Shown here: positions 1 to 13,975 of the stretch, one piece after another
How positions within the stretch are numbered: the stretch's first letter is position 1
How the letters are laid out: the number at the start of each line of letters is the position of its first letter
Assembly (NCBI GenBank): GCA_043228905.1
Contig: JBHGNT010000001.1
Coordinates: 2,542,001-2,606,000 of the forward strand
Reading direction: 5' to 3'
Length of the DNA: 64,000 nucleotides
Source of the DNA: Azolla caroliniana
Taxonomy: Eukaryota; Plantae; Polypodiophyta
Notes under the pieces: generated by a model
Told to the model about the DNA's origin: nothing
Database searches by the model: none
The model's input: only the letters and a program-made list of their open reading frames with translations
Position numbers and translations under genes: made by a program

Positions 1-702
1 ATAGTCTGAATATGTTCCAGTTCAATGGTAAAAGAAATGTCAGCAACCTGTCTTCTGTGTTTCCTAATTTGTGATATACTAGTTCAAGAGCTTTCCTGAA
101 AGACTCTTCTGCTTCTCGAAGTTCAAGAATTTGACATCTCTGGGTCTTGTATGAGGTTTCTAGAATTCAAGAGGTTCAATTTGAGATCTTGATTTTCAAC
201 ATTCGATTGCCCTGCTTCTTGAACCATTGCCCACCATCTCAAACCCTTTCCTTTTTCTATACACGACTTCTTTGACTTAGGCCCTTGGTGCAAGCATCAT
301 CACACACTAAGAATCTTTATACATTTTATCTTAATAGCAGTATTTTAATTGGTATTATTGTAGTGGCTGACTAGTCTAATGTGCAAGGCTGATCTCTAAG
401 AAAATCTTTACAAAAAAAAAATGTTTGGTATGTAAGCCCTGGTGAATTGGTTACCTTTATTTGTCTAGAAACCCTAGTAATTGCAAAATTATAGATGGAT
501 CATATGTGCAACCTCTTAGGAAACTTGTCAACGTTCTATAGTGAAGATATGAGTAACTGATCGTCTTTACCATTCATCTGTTACAATTTAGAATAGTTTT
601 ATTGATTGAATTTTTTTGGAAAATTAGGCTAAAATAGCTTTGAAAATGGAAGATTGAGGAGGGATGGATATAATCTAAAAATGGGCTTCAGTTTTTGAGC
701 AG

Positions 703-2439
703 GAACTATCGAAAGGCAAAGAGGATCGTGCAGCACTTGAGAACAAGCTTAAAATACTTGAAGAAAAGGTTTTGCATGGGACCAATTCTAATAATGTCAT
801 TCTACTTGAAAAAGCTAGACAGCAGGAACGAGAATTGGCCAATGCTGAACTTCGTTTACAAGAGAAGAAAAATCTGGATGAAGAGCGGCAGCGAAAAATA
901 GCTGAACTAGAGGTATTATCAGTTCATTGTGCCCATCAATTAATGCCTCTAAAGGAACATAGTATTTGTCTATTCCAAGGAAAAAGTTTTATTTCTACAC
1001 ATTTAACATGCACATACTTGCTTGAAAATTTCTTCAATTGCAGGAGGCACAAATTATGGCTGAAGAAAAATGTAGTACGATGGAAGAAGAGTTGGAGTCT
1101 AAGACTCGAAAATTAAGGAGGCTAATGGCACGGTATCAGCAAAGTAAGATTGACATAACTGCTCTGAGAACTGAGATTCAAGACACAATCCATGAATTTC
1201 ATCAGGAACGGGCAGATCTGCTATGGTCAATCAAGTCATTAGAACAGCAGCATCAATTAAAAAATTTAATAATCGAGGTCATCTCCTTTAACTTTTACAT
1301 GCCTTAATCTCAAATTTGAATCTGATTGTATTTGATTTGATGAGACTTGCAAACTCATATGGTTCATATTTGTAAAAGAACTTTCCTTCAATTATGAGAT
1401 GCCTAAAGTAGAGGAAAACATATAATAGAATTTTAAGCTCGCTTTTTGGTACAAACAGTTTTGCAATATATATATATAGGTATATTATATATATCATTAA
1501 ATAATCGTTGAAAATATTCATGCATAATATCTAGTTCATCTATCTCAAACTTTTGGTCACATAAGGTTGATACCAATTGTTTGTTGTAGCAGAGGTTTAT
1601 TCCACCCGAAGAAGTAACAAAAATAATGCAACGAGTTCATTGGGATGAAGAAAATGAAACTTGGGTCCTCAGAAGCAGCCATAATTGTTCAGTAAATGGA
1701 TTTGACAATGCTCCATATCAGAGACCCGCATCGGCTGTGGGACGAAGTAGACCAACATGTCAGAAAGTATTACAATGCTTGGCTCAAGGCACTATGAACC
1801 CGAGATACTTGTAAGATAAGCTACATAATCATTCCATTGTATATTTATTTGGATAGAAAATAAATGTGAACAATACATTAAGTGCTAGAGCACAATACTT
1901 GAATGTCTGCCTTTATACATCATACTTCAGATTTATTAGGTGCCTTTGGAATTTGTAAAAGTCCTGATTGTGTGTGTAATGGTAATGCTTGTGTTTGGAG
2001 ACATTGGGCTTGTAAATTTGAGCCTCAAGCAATGGAGCTGATGTCGTTCGTGGTCATTATAAAAAACTCATACACACTTCTAAAGTGAAAATGATAGCAT
2101 TGTGCCTAAAAGGTCGATGCTAACAAATGAAGAGCCTTCATTGCCCGTAATTTATCCAGCTGCAATTGATAGAGAATATAGTTAAGACCATCATTTTGAA
2201 GCTCTTATTTGGTGATGTGTAGGGATGATAATGTGCTGAAATTGGAACTTGATCCACCAGAGCGAGCAACATATGACTATTATGATCCAATGGACAGGGT
2301 AAGGGCGGAATCTCACATCCACCAATGCTTTAGGGAGTTCGATAAATCTGTTTCTTACCTTCCCAATGATGCCCAAATGCCAGTTCAGCATCATCCCTCT
2401 ATACCGAGGCCAAAATCAGCCCATATAAGTCGGATTTAA
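703..2439 (+). CDS. Kinesin-2 (KIF3B/FLA8-like) motor subunit; 3' part only (stalk and tail), 5' exons lie upstream of the window
   Basis: Exons 703-912, 1044-1277, 1593-1810 and 2223-2439 are all AG/GT bounded and phase-consistent. They encode the coiled coil 'LENKLKILEEKVLHG...EEELESKTRKLRRL...EFHQERADLL', then 'LIIERFIPPEE..IMQRVHWDEENETWVL' and the tail 'RPASAVGRSRP...PRYLDDNVLKLELDPPERATYDY', which match the recalled KIF3B/FLA8 tail motifs (RPVSAVG..RP; LELD.P.RTT.DY). Confidence 0.88.
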
Positions 2440-4979
2440 TGCTATCCTTGGTTTTTTGTTTCTGATCTCTTCGAAGCATACATCATCTTTTGCTATAGAA
2501 ATCACCCTCATCTCTTCTCCTCAAAAGTGAAAATTCATTTGATCGGTTATATGCAAGCTACATATTTAGCGTTCATCTTGAAGGTTTACATGTGCTTCAA
2601 GAAGGCTTGGTTTGGGTGAAGTGAATTATTTGTTCCCTTGTGCAAGTGAGCCCTTGTACACATTATGCTCATATTTTTTTGTGAAGTATATCAATCGTTT
2701 TGAAATTTGCGTTTTGCTGACCTTTGATATCAATGAATCTATAGGCATGATCGCTTACAATGTGGTATGGTGTTGTAAGATAAAGACATCGAATAGCGTA
2801 TATTTGTGCCACTAAACAATTTATAACAATTAAGTTTAATAGTTGGTCAAAATTCAATATTTGAGCACGTTGGAAAGTTTCCTTAATTTGAACAATGATA
2901 TAAGGAATTCTTCATGTGTTACACCACACTTTACTTGTATTACCTTGCATATTATCATTGCGTGTTTAGTTCATTGGTTACTTAGCTTTTCTAGTTAATC
3001 TTGAAATCCATTTGGACTTCACCTAACTTGCATTCAACATTTGTACTTCAAGTCAATTATCAGTGGTTCCTACTAAAGCTGTAAAATGTAGGTTTGTAAT
3101 AGTGATATTTATTATTTCAGTATTCAATGCCAGTTAAACCTATGCGAATTTTATAGCGTAAGTCAATATTGCATTATAAACTTTGAATGAGAATTTACGG
3201 TACTCAAAGTGGCAGTTTTGCATGGATCATAGTGGAGGTTGACGCGACACTATTCCAATACTTTAATTTCTGAAATCACCAAACCTTTTACATTAATAAT
3301 TTGTGGATTTAAATACTCCTCCAAATAAAGCATATTTAAGAACTTAAAACGAAATCAAACTATGTTGTATTGAGACTTCTAAGCATCCTTCTTACTAGGC
3401 AATGGAAGATCTCACAACTAACAATGATGTGAATCATACACATGAAGATTCTATTTATGTAGACTTTTCAATTTACAATAATCATACAACTCCTTGCTCA
3501 TTGGTGTTTGTGAAATCTATATTTTGTTGGGGTGGATCAATGTGGGATATTCTCGTCATATATTTGGTAGCTAGGATGAGTGGCCATTGGCAATCCCTTT
3601 TGAAAGACGTCTTCAAAATCACTTAAGATTGAATCAAGTAGTTGTTCATGAAAAGGTAATTGTTTACATCAACAAAGAAATGATAATATTGAATGCTTGG
3701 GTCCATTTTCTCTACTTCATTGATGTTTGGACCTTAAGTACATTTTTGAAAGTTTTAGGATATTTGTCACGAACTATCCAATCATAGTCCAATTCTGGAA
3801 TGCCATTAACTAAATAGGAAATACACTATTTCTCTCCCTTGACTCTCAAAATTATGAATTTGTGTTCTCGCATGATTGACGACATTAAAAATAAAGAGAT
3901 GCAAATGACTAAATTGTGCCCAAATCAATGGCCTTGAATCTTTAAATTGTATCGTAACCAATCCCAAATTGTTATTCCCCAAGAGAATGAAAAAGTAATT
4001 GAAGTCACTACACGAGTTACTTTGTAGTGTAAGGATGTTTCTCCTCTTTCCTTGGGGAGGGATTTGAACCATTTAAAGCTAGGTGTTCTTTGAGTATACA
4101 TGTTTGGGATGTTTTTATCAGGAGATCCATAGATTTAGAGTGTCTCTCATGAGGAGGATCTTGTTTGCAAGACGTGTACAAATGCAATACATGTTAGACT
4201 CCTCAAGAAGATCATGCAAAATAAGAGACCTTAAAGCTAACACACAGAATTCACACCCTCATAACACGGACGTTCCTTATACCGAGCATTTCATTCTACT
4301 TTCTCTAGGCACTAAAAAATAGGTGGATCATCACATAGAATACATTATCGCCAATGAAAGGGTGCATAGTACCATTCTTTAGAGATCAAGCACAATGCCT
4401 CAGAGGGTGATGCACCAAAGGTGCATGATACCATTCTTGTGAGAAATGTTACAGGCTGAAAGACATGGATTCTGCCACTCAAGGATATACATTTTAATTA
4501 CTAGGAGTGTACAAAATAACACGTAAAACAATGGTGCCGATGATAGAGTGTGCATCGAAGAATCGGAGCGAGAGGTTTGTTGGGATGTTTTTACGACGTA
4601 AAGTTTGTTGGGGGACATTTGTGTGTATGTCCCCCGCGTGCTAGGTCACTCTTAGAAGTTAGAACTCACTCACTTCAAGTCACTTTGGGGCCTTTTTTTG
4701 AAGACGTTGTTTTTGTAAAAATGTAATAAGAAGAAAGAACCTTGTTTCGCTTCCTGCTCCATAGCTGCTCCGCAGATCGATTCCTCCTCGGCCGAACAGA
4801 AGAAACTCGCTGGCTCCTCTCAGTGAAACGCTGGGTTTTCTCCATCTCCCGCAGTCTCGCAAGTGAACGAAAGAAAAAAAGGACACCGATCTCGACGTTT
4901 AGCTCGCTGTTGAAACCTTTTGTGAAGTGAAGAAGAAAAAGAAGAAGAAGAATACTGTCTTCTCCGTCGGCGCTGTAGA

Positions 4980-5036
4980 ATGGAGAAGGGCCTTGTTTGT
5001 TTTCTTCTCGAAGCTAAATCGGAGGGGAGAAGTTGA
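4980..5036 (+). promoter_or_regulatory. Possible 18-codon uORF in the long 5' leader of the ATAD2-like gene
   Basis: ATG GAG AAG ... AGT TGA ends 131 nt upstream of the main ATG, inside a GAA/CT-rich leader-like region (about 4740-5167). The TSS is unknown. Confidence 0.25.
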
Positions 5037-5167
5037 ATTTTCTTCTTCTTTCTTGAAGCTTTAGATTTGCAGGGGGATCTTGTTTTCTGTCTTCAAGCTA
5101 AATTGGAGTGAAGAAGAAGTAGAGCCAAAAAAATTGTGCTTAATTTATTCTGCGTGCATTTGAGAAA

Positions 5168-8100
5168 ATGTCTCCTGTGCATACTCGCACTAGTGGTGGA
5201 ACACACCATCACCATTTACTTCGTCGCCATATCTATTATAAGCCAAAATCTAAGAAGAGGAGCAGAAGTAGAAATTCTGCTTCTCAGATTGCCAAGATGA
5301 TCCGCCGGGTATGTTGTCTTGTTTTGTCAGTGCTGAGGAATTCAAATGTCTTCTTGTGATCAGATTAGTTGTCTTTTGTTCACTTTCAGAAAATTCTGTT
5401 GTTTTATAATATTTTTGGAGAAATTCACACTATCTTGTGCTCAATTTTTAGAAATTCATATTCTGTAATCGTTGTTTATGAGAAACTCATATCTATTATG
5501 CTTAACTTTGACAAAATCATGTTGTTTTGAGCTCCATTTTGAGAAATTCATGTTATTGTATGTTAGTTTTGAAGAAATACATGTTATGAATGCTCCGATT
5601 AGATAATTCACTATGGCTTTTTTCTGAAACATATTGGAATAGGAAAGATTTCTTATGAAAGGAATCTTTATATTCATTGGGTAGGTCCGATTGGCGAGGC
5701 TTTCAATCTGCTCTTTTTCACTGCTTCTGCATCGCATGTTTCTCTAGTATGCATCTCTTCTTCAAGAATGAGCTTTTCTTCAATGGTGTGTGATATCTAA
5801 TTGGTTGCGTCTCTATATGATAAGTTGTTGATCTGTTGTAGGATTTCTCTCACTGGAATGAGAAAGACTGCTTATTCTGTGGCTTTTGATCTGCTTCCAT
5901 GAATTTCCTTTATTATGCATCGAGTCCTTAAAAATGCTTCTTCTTTTTATGTGCTCAAGCAGTGCCCATCCCTTATTGTAGATTGCTGATTTCAATAGAA
6001 TTGAGCTGTGTGTGTAACATCTCTGTTTTCAATGATTTGGTTGCATCATGAGTATTGTAGGTTGCTGATTTCAGTAGAATTGAGCTGTTTGTGTAACATC
6101 TTTGTTTTCAGTGATATGGTTGCATCATGAGTATTGTAGGTTGCTGATTTCAATAGAATTGAGCTGTTTGTGTAACATCTTTGTTTTCAATGATATGGTT
6201 GCATCATGATTAACCTTTGTAACCCTCTTGCGTTACGTTTCTCATAATTTTGGTGCACATCTGCTCTTATCCTGCAATAGTTCATGTTTTGTTTGAATTT
6301 CTGTTTTTCTTGGTCACTTGTTAGACTCGTTGGTTCTTTGTAGGGGCGTGCATCGTCTTCTAGACCTTCCGCACGTGTTCAGAACGTTCAGAATCAGGTT
6401 AGCTTTATGAAATTCTGTCTTTGTCATATGGTATTGGGCCTTTTACACTCTTTAAGTTTTGCCACAGCCTGCTGCCAACCTTAGACGCTCATTGAGGAAA
6501 AGGAGACCAGCTGCCCACGGAGAATACATCTCTTATAGTGACAATGAGGATGACTTTGAATTGGTGAGAATTTATTGCTTTTATAAATTTTTGTTATCAA
6601 TGCATGCCATCCATGTCTCTTTCTTTCATATTTCACATTTTTTATTCAGGAGATATGAATAACCTTCTAAACCATTTATACTTTATCAGCTGGTGTATCT
6701 CTATTACCACAGTTATTGTTTCAGTTGTTTCATTGTGATAATGGACGAAAAATGCTGTTTCATTCTTTTGCAGAGGAGGCCATTTAGGCAGCCACGAAGA
6801 GAAAGAAATGATATCAAATCTAGTCAAGATGAGGATCAACCCCAGCCAAGACGTGAAGGACTTAGACCACGGAGAGCAACCCGCCGTTTGAGACCAGCAT
6901 CCCCTGAATCCTCTGAAGAAGATGAAGAACAATCATCTGAAGATAATGGTGATGAAGAAGAGAAAGAGAGAGAAGAAGTAGAAGAAAATGAAGAGGAAGA
7001 AGAAGAAGAAGAAGAGGAAGAAGATGGAAGGGAAGACGAAGAAGATGAAGAGGATGAAGAGGATGAAGAAGGAGAAGGTAGGCGACGTTATGCTCTGCGA
7101 AATCGTACCGAAGTACAACGCTTCTCACCACGGCATGAGGAGAGACCACTTAATGCACAGAGGTCATTGTCAAAATCGTTTGCCTTCCAAAATGGCGTGA
7201 AACGTAATAGAGATGGAAAGAGAGCAAATCCCAAGGCAGATAAAAGGCACCGGTCCTCTAGGGCCTATGACTCAGATGACTCTCTTTTGATTGATGAGAT
7301 TGTACAATCACAAGGTGCCCCATGGCTTAAAGGAGGGTCACTTGCAGGTCAATCATGGCAAGCTGGTGGCCTTGATTTGTTAGGGTTTCAGAATCGAGGC
7401 ATGAATGCAGTCGGGAATTTTTTGGGTTCTCAAAATGACCAATTGGCTAGTGGAATTCCAACAGCAGGATTAAGTCACAAAGGAGGGGCAGATATTCAAC
7501 CGTTGCAAGTGGATGATTCTGTAACGTTTGATCAGGTTGGAGGGCTTTCAGAGTATGTTCAGTCACTCAAGGAAATTGTCTTTTTCCCTTTGCTTTACCC
7601 ACAGTTCTTCCAAAACTATGGCATCAAACCTCCAAGGGGCGTTCTTCTATGTGGCCCTCCAGGCACAGGGAAAACATTGATAGCTAGGGCTCTTGCGGCT
7701 TCAGCAACTCGTGCAGGGAAAAAGATCAATTTTTACATGCGCAAAGGAGCTGATGTTCTCAGCAAATGGGTGGGTGAAGCAGAAAGACAGTTGAGAATGC
7801 TCTTTGAAGAAGCTCAACGTAACCAGCCTTCAATTATATTCTTTGATGAGATTGATGGGTTGGCACCTGTGAGGTCAAGCAAGCAAGAGCAAATTCATAA
7901 CTCCATAGTGTCAACACTTCTTGCACTTATGGATGGTTTAGATGCACTTGGGCAGGTTATTGTGATTGGAGCAACCAATAGAGTTGATGCAATTGATAGT
8001 GCCTTAAGACGGCCAGGTAGATTTGATAGGGAATTAACATTTTCCTTACCTGATTCAAAAGCTAGGGAAGAGATTCTAAAAATCCACACTCGATCCTGGA

Positions 8101-11100
8101 AATCGCATCTCAATGAAGATGTATGTAAGGAGCTTGCATTGGCATGTGTTGGATACTGTGGTGCTGACCTAAAAGCTCTTTGCACAGAAGCTGCAATTGG
8201 AGCTTTTAGGAAGCAATATCCACAAATATATACTAGTGATGATCCTCTTCTTGTTGATGTCAATGCTGTTCAAGTTAAGCGGCTTGACTTTTTAGAAGCT
8301 ATGTCAACAATTACGCCAGCTGCCCAAAGGGGCACACTAGTACAATCCATGCCTCTGTCTTCCATAGTGTATCCTTGTTTAGAAAATCAGCTAAAACACA
8401 TCATGAAATCGATAGGTGGTATTTTTCCAATGCACAAAATGGAAGGTATGTCCAAGGTAAATGCAAATGGTACGGATCAACTTGCGGCATTTTCAACCCT
8501 GCGATATGGGTCTTCTTTTCCTTTTGTTTATCGACCAAGACTCTTGATATGTGGTAATGAAACAGCTGGCATTGTAAGTGCTCTGATTTTCTACTACAAC
8601 CTCAACAGCCTGCTTTAAAGTATGATTTAACTCATTTCTCTTTCTTGACAGGAGCATGTTGGTCCAGCAGTTCTTCATGAGCTTGAAAAATTTCCTGTGC
8701 ATTCACTCTCTCTGCCTTCTCTGTTGTCTGATATGGGATCAAGGTCACCGGAAGAAGCCATTGTAAACATCTTCCGAGAGTCAAGAAGAACCACTCCTGC
8801 TGTATTATACTTGCCACAGATAGAACTGTGGTGGGAAACGGTATTGCTTTGCACTTCAACATTTAGTTTCTTTCTTAAAAATCAGATTTTTGAATGGTGT
8901 CCTGGGGTAAGGTTGATATTATTTTATTCATGTGTAGGCCCACACTCAACTCAGAGCCGTTCTCTTGATGCTCCTAGCAGACTTGCCACCAAATTTGCCT
9001 GTATTGTTTCTGGCAACAGCAAAAGTCCCTCAAGCTGAACTTGAAGAACAAGTTGCAAGTATTTTTGGTAGCTCCATGTATGTTCCTTGTGTTTGGGATG
9101 AACTTTTTATTTACTTCAAAACTAGGCAGGTTAATAATGCAGGCGTCATTCATAAAACTGTTTTATTCATTTATAATTATGATGGCTCAAATCTTAGATC
9201 ACATTACACTAGTAAGTGTTGTGGATGTATCACATACATTTATCGTATAGGCATCAAGCCAATGAATTACTACTGAGCTGCTTGGTCAGAATTGAGGACC
9301 CAGGGTTGTATTGTATACATCTTAAAGTCATGCTGTGGCAGGAAATTGCATTGTAGGCCCAGGTACCCACTAAAGCTGGGGCTCTCTGAAGAGACAATAT
9401 ATATTTCTTTCTTTTCTTGTGCAGAGAATGAGAAGGCATAATCTGAACCTTCAATGTCATTGCATGTATATTTTGTAAAACAATTTGCTGATCTCTTGAA
9501 AATATACATGCAATGACAGGCTGCATTTTTATGACTAATGGTCATAACTGTTTGATGTCAGAATGGTTCTACGTAGCCTTCTCTAGGTCTAATGAACCAA
9601 TAGAGTCTTGTTAATGATATCAAGCTTGAGAGAATGATTTGCGGGTGCCACTTTTCAGTTCACTCATTACAAAGAAGTTTGTTTAGCAAGCTTGGGTATG
9701 CATATTTTCTTTTGCTGACTGAACCACAATATGTGCGAAGAAGACCATCCTTATTCTTCTCATTAATGAATCTCTCCAATATCTTGGCGGAATCATTTTT
9801 CTTGTATGCTTTTGTACTTTGCAGCTATGAATTGGAATATCCAAGATCTGAGGATAGAGCCAAATTCTTTTCCCAGCTCCTTGAAACAGCAATGGAGATT
9901 TCGGAACAGAAGTATAGCCAAAAAAATAAACCAGTTGCTCTCCCTGTGCTTCCAAAAGCACCCAAGCTAGAAAGAGAGAGAACTGAGGCCGAGTTACAAG
10001 CACAAGCTGAGGAAGAAGAACATTCTTTAAGGCAAATGAGGATGTGCTTAAGGGACATCTGCAACAGGTTAAATCACATATGTGATCAGTTCTAATAATG
10101 AGTTTTACCATCTCACTTATGATGTTTCTTGAGTCTACACATGGAAAATATAATCAGATGTATTTTCTGGTTACTTTTGCGACAGACTGCTGTATGAAAA
10201 GTGTTTCAGTGTCTTCCATTATCCAGTCACAGAGGATGACGCACCTGACTATCATACAGTAATTCAAACACCTATGGATGTTTCAACTTTGTTGCAACAC
10301 ACAGATAACGGAAAGTACATTACACGGTCTGCCTTTTTACAAGATTTGGAGTTGATTCCACTCAATGCAAAGGTCTGATGATTCTGTATTTCTTTCAGTG
10401 TGCAGAATATTCATAAAGATACAATGTTAACCCACTGTTTTTCATGTTCATTAATATGACAGGCATATCATAAAGATGATTACACTGGAGCTCGTATTGT
10501 GAGCAAAGCATGTGCTCTTCGAGATACAGTATGTTGAGACATCTACCCTACATTTAAGAACAGGATGAACATCTGATTTACGCACTCTACTAAACATTTG
10601 TTGCTATTATGAACTAGGCACATGCAATGCTGTCACAGATAGACAAAGATTTAGTGACACAGTGTGATGCAATTTCAGCTCGGGGGGGTCCTCTCAAACT
10701 GAATGTAAAAGATTTAGAGAATACGCATGATGAATCTGTGTCACAGCTAACAAATGCCCCTCGTGTTAGTGCAAGGTTGCGTGGTGTTCAACCAGAAATT
10801 GATCTCTCTCAAACACCAGAGGTCCATGCTCGACGCTCAAGGCGTAGCGTTGATGGAGATTTGGGATGTATGCCAACTCCAAGTGAGTTTCCAGTGTACT
10901 TTTCCATAAAAACCTTCAAAGCATTTTGTTTCATTCTTGGGCAATGTTCATTTTCAAATTTCACTTTTCAAATTTCTATGGAAACAACATCAAAATACCT
11001 GAGTTTTTCATTATTTCCCCAAGCACCCCTAATATTTTTTAACTTCCCTAAATCTCCGTGCTCAAACCTGGAAAGAAGGAAAACAGGGATGGATTGACAA

Positions 11101-12132
11101 AAGAATTGCTGGAGTAGCACTAAAAGCTCTTAAGAACTGGTTGACCAAGAGCATTTGGGGAACTACCAAAAACTTAGGGGTTTTAGGGTAAATCTAGAAA
11201 ACACAATTTTTTTTTTCTATTTTTACATAACCACTTGATATCTCACAAGTGGCCAAGTTATTTGTTTGCATGTGCAAGTTCCAGCTACTTGCAGTGATGA
11301 TTACTTGTTATAAGTACCCATCAATCTATAAGATAAGGTGAAAAAAGTAGACATCTTCACCATGTTTTGAAGTATTGCAAGTTTCTTATTTTAATAGAGT
11401 GATTATTTATATATAATCCTCTTTCTTCGGATTACATTTTGATCAATGACATGGCCTTGACGTTCTTAGAAGTAACTAGCAATGTGAAAATTGGACACCT
11501 TTTCTTTTGACCATACCTTCTAAAAGAGATCAAAGTAACTTGTTGCAAAACTAAAAGAGGTCAAGAGTAAATATATTCCTTACAGCAAGTTAGGTGTCAT
11601 TGCAGGTGATATAGGCACTGGATTAATATCTCAGGCAGAAGCTTCACCAAAGATGACTGATGAAGTACCGAATTCTGAAACAAAGGAGGAATTGGAACCT
11701 CCCCGTTCTCCTAGTTTGTATCCACTTCCCAACATAGACTTGGAAACCCCTAAAGAAGTGCCAGTGATGGAAAATGAAGAGAATGATAATAATACAGAAG
11801 AAGGCCCAATGCCCAAATCTCCTGATTTTGGTGGAAATGGCTCTTCAGATTATTGCCACCAAGAGTGTGTTAAAATGGATTTAGATCTAGAGGCCTCTAT
11901 GATGGTTGCTCCTCCTGCTAGTCTAATTGAAAAGCTGCAAAAGCGTTTTGTGAAGCGCACTAAAGGATATGGTGTGTCGGACCTAGAAAAATTACATGCG
12001 ACAATCTGTCAAGAAGTTCGGAGTCATGGTGATGTTGAAAATAAAATGTCTGTGTTTCAAGTCCTGGAACAAACTGTTGCAGGAATGAAGATGAAAAAGG
12101 ACTCAGTATCACAGGAAGGCATGACATTGTGA
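5168..12132 (+). CDS. BRAT1: ATAD2/Yta7-family AAA+ ATPase with bromodomain (BRAT1-like), about 1235 aa
   Basis: Exons 5168-5308, 6344-6397, 6468-6563, 6774-8573, 8652-8840, 8938-9077, 9825-10067, 10186-10372, 10463-10528, 10618-10882, 11606-12132. Features: N-terminal ASQIAKM motif, acidic tract, Walker A GPPGTGKT, Walker B IIFFDEID, SRH ALRRPGRFDRE, degenerate second AAA (RPRLLICG...HVGPAVLHELEKF), bromodomain FSVFHYPV..DDAPDY..VIQTPMD. Confidence 0.95.
5974..6209. repeat. 79-bp tandem repeat, 3 copies, in intron 1 of the ATAD2-like gene
   Basis: Unit 'tattgtag(a/g)ttgctgatttca(a/g)tagaattgagctgt...ggttgcatcatga' starts at 5974, 6053 and 6132. Confidence 0.92.
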
Positions 12133-13689
12133 TTCTTTAGGAAAGTGCTATGGTCAGCTTGATTCCCTTTGAAAAGTGATAAAGTTAACGTGATTCTTGA
12201 AAGTGACATTTAAAGTAACTTACACCATGGTTATGATTCTTTGAAATGGCACCTCCCATTCGCAAACTGTACCTGTAAGTTGTCAGACGTGTAATTGCAG
12301 AGACAGGAGTTTATACAAAACTTGGAGTATTGAAGAATTTTTCTTTGAGATAACATTAGACAGCTGACTTGTAAATGATTACATGACTTACAAATGTACA
12401 CAAATGAATTCTCTTTCTGAGAGGCAATGTACAAAAGAATATCCACGAGGATACCTCAATTTAAAGAGCATTCTCATGAAGGTAAGGCAAATATTCCTTA
12501 ATGGGAGAAAGTTTGAGAAATAGTGCTGTTGGAGACAGCTTTGCTACCAGGTGCACTGGTTTGAAAAACTGTATGAATCATTCATTAATGAATGAAAAGT
12601 TTGTATCTTGATGGATAGATCAGTGAAAGATTGTAATCAAATGATGTAATGAGATCCTGGTTAAGAGATGTTTTCACATAGTTGGAACCAGTATTGAAGT
12701 TTATGTGATGTGCTTTGTCTTGTTTGCTAGTAACACTTCTTGTATATTGGTTTTGCCACCTTCATCATTTTAGTGAGATGTTTTTGTGTTGTCATGTACA
12801 GTCTCCTAACCACTTTACTTTTTTATGGGGTAGATAATTTGTTTTTCAAGTGACCATGTAATTTATGGGACTGAATTGTGTAAAGCACACGCAAGGCGCC
12901 AAAGAAATGCACATCCTCCTAGTGTTTCTGCTGTGAAATATATTTATTACCTGTCCTGTTTGAGCAAATAGTATGGTCAATTTTACCTGTCCAGTCCCCG
13001 TTCCTTGATTATAATTTATATATTATTTTGAGCAATTTTATAGTCAAATAAGAACCAGGGTTAATTGCACTGAATCAAATTGCAAAAATATCTGCACATC
13101 AAATTTCACGAAATTGTGATATAGCTTTGGCAACAATCAGCATTTTCTGAAGCACATAATTTTCACATTAAATTTCCCAAACTGTGATATAACTTGCAAA
13201 AATTCAGAATTTTCTGGAGCACAGCGTATTTCCTGTCTGTGTGAGTACTCACAAAACATCCTGATTTTTGGCAGCCATCTGTATGGACAAAAACATAGTT
13301 TTATAGATTAGTAGACAGATTGAACAGATTTAGATGTGTGTATTTTTGTACCAGCACAATCAGTGAAAGTTTACATGAATACTACATACGCACATCACAT
13401 GGCTCTGCCTATGGAAACAGATTTCCAATATTATAAACGAACATTTCTCTGGAAATGCATTTAGCTTATATATGTTGTTGATAACAAGATATGCCTCATT
13501 CCCAAGGTGATGCCTCTGTAAAAGATTACATAAGAGACAGTACTTCCAGATTATTATCAGAGAAGACAGAAATGTGCTACATTAGTTTATTTTGCTGTTC
13601 TTCCAATTCAAAAAAGTAAGACAATGATTAGTAGCACACCAAAATTTGCGTAGAATTTCTTATTTTAAATTAATGGATATTTTGTTACT

Positions 13690-13975
13690 ACTGTGAAGAT
13701 TAAAACATTTACAGAGAAGAGAGATCCAATTATTTGAAGTATACAGATATCCTTGCTTCAGTCTTACAGGGATTTTCTAACAGAGTGAGCGAAATGTTGC
13801 TGTAACTGTATGAAGATTAAACATTTACAAAGAATAGAGATCCCATTATTTGAAGGATACAGAAATCCTTGCTTCCGCTTTGAAGAGATTTTTCTAAAGC
13901 AGAGTGAAGTGGATCTTTGCTAAATTAAACATTTACATAGCAGAGCTATCCAATTATTTGATGATTTTCTATGGC
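13690..13975. repeat. Degenerate tandem repeat, about 115 bp x about 2.5, between the convergent ATAD2-like and REXO4 genes
   Basis: The core 'attaaacatttaca...gaga(t)ccaattatttga' recurs near 13699, 13816 and 13924. Confidence 0.75.

Noticed and set aside
3300-4400. Short ORFs between the kinesin and ATAD2-like genes; similar stretches at about 18000-19100, 40400-41300 and 63000-64000
   Set aside because: Probably very old transposon debris, but I could not identify diagnostic motifs, so no call is made.
5974-6209. Regular repeats resembling a CRISPR array
   Set aside because: The units are contiguous with no unique spacers, lie in a eukaryotic intron, and there are no cas genes.
6862-7200. 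Poly-Leu, poly-Phe and poly-Lys ORFs
   Set aside because: They are alternate frames of the GAA-rich acidic tract of the ATAD2-like exon.
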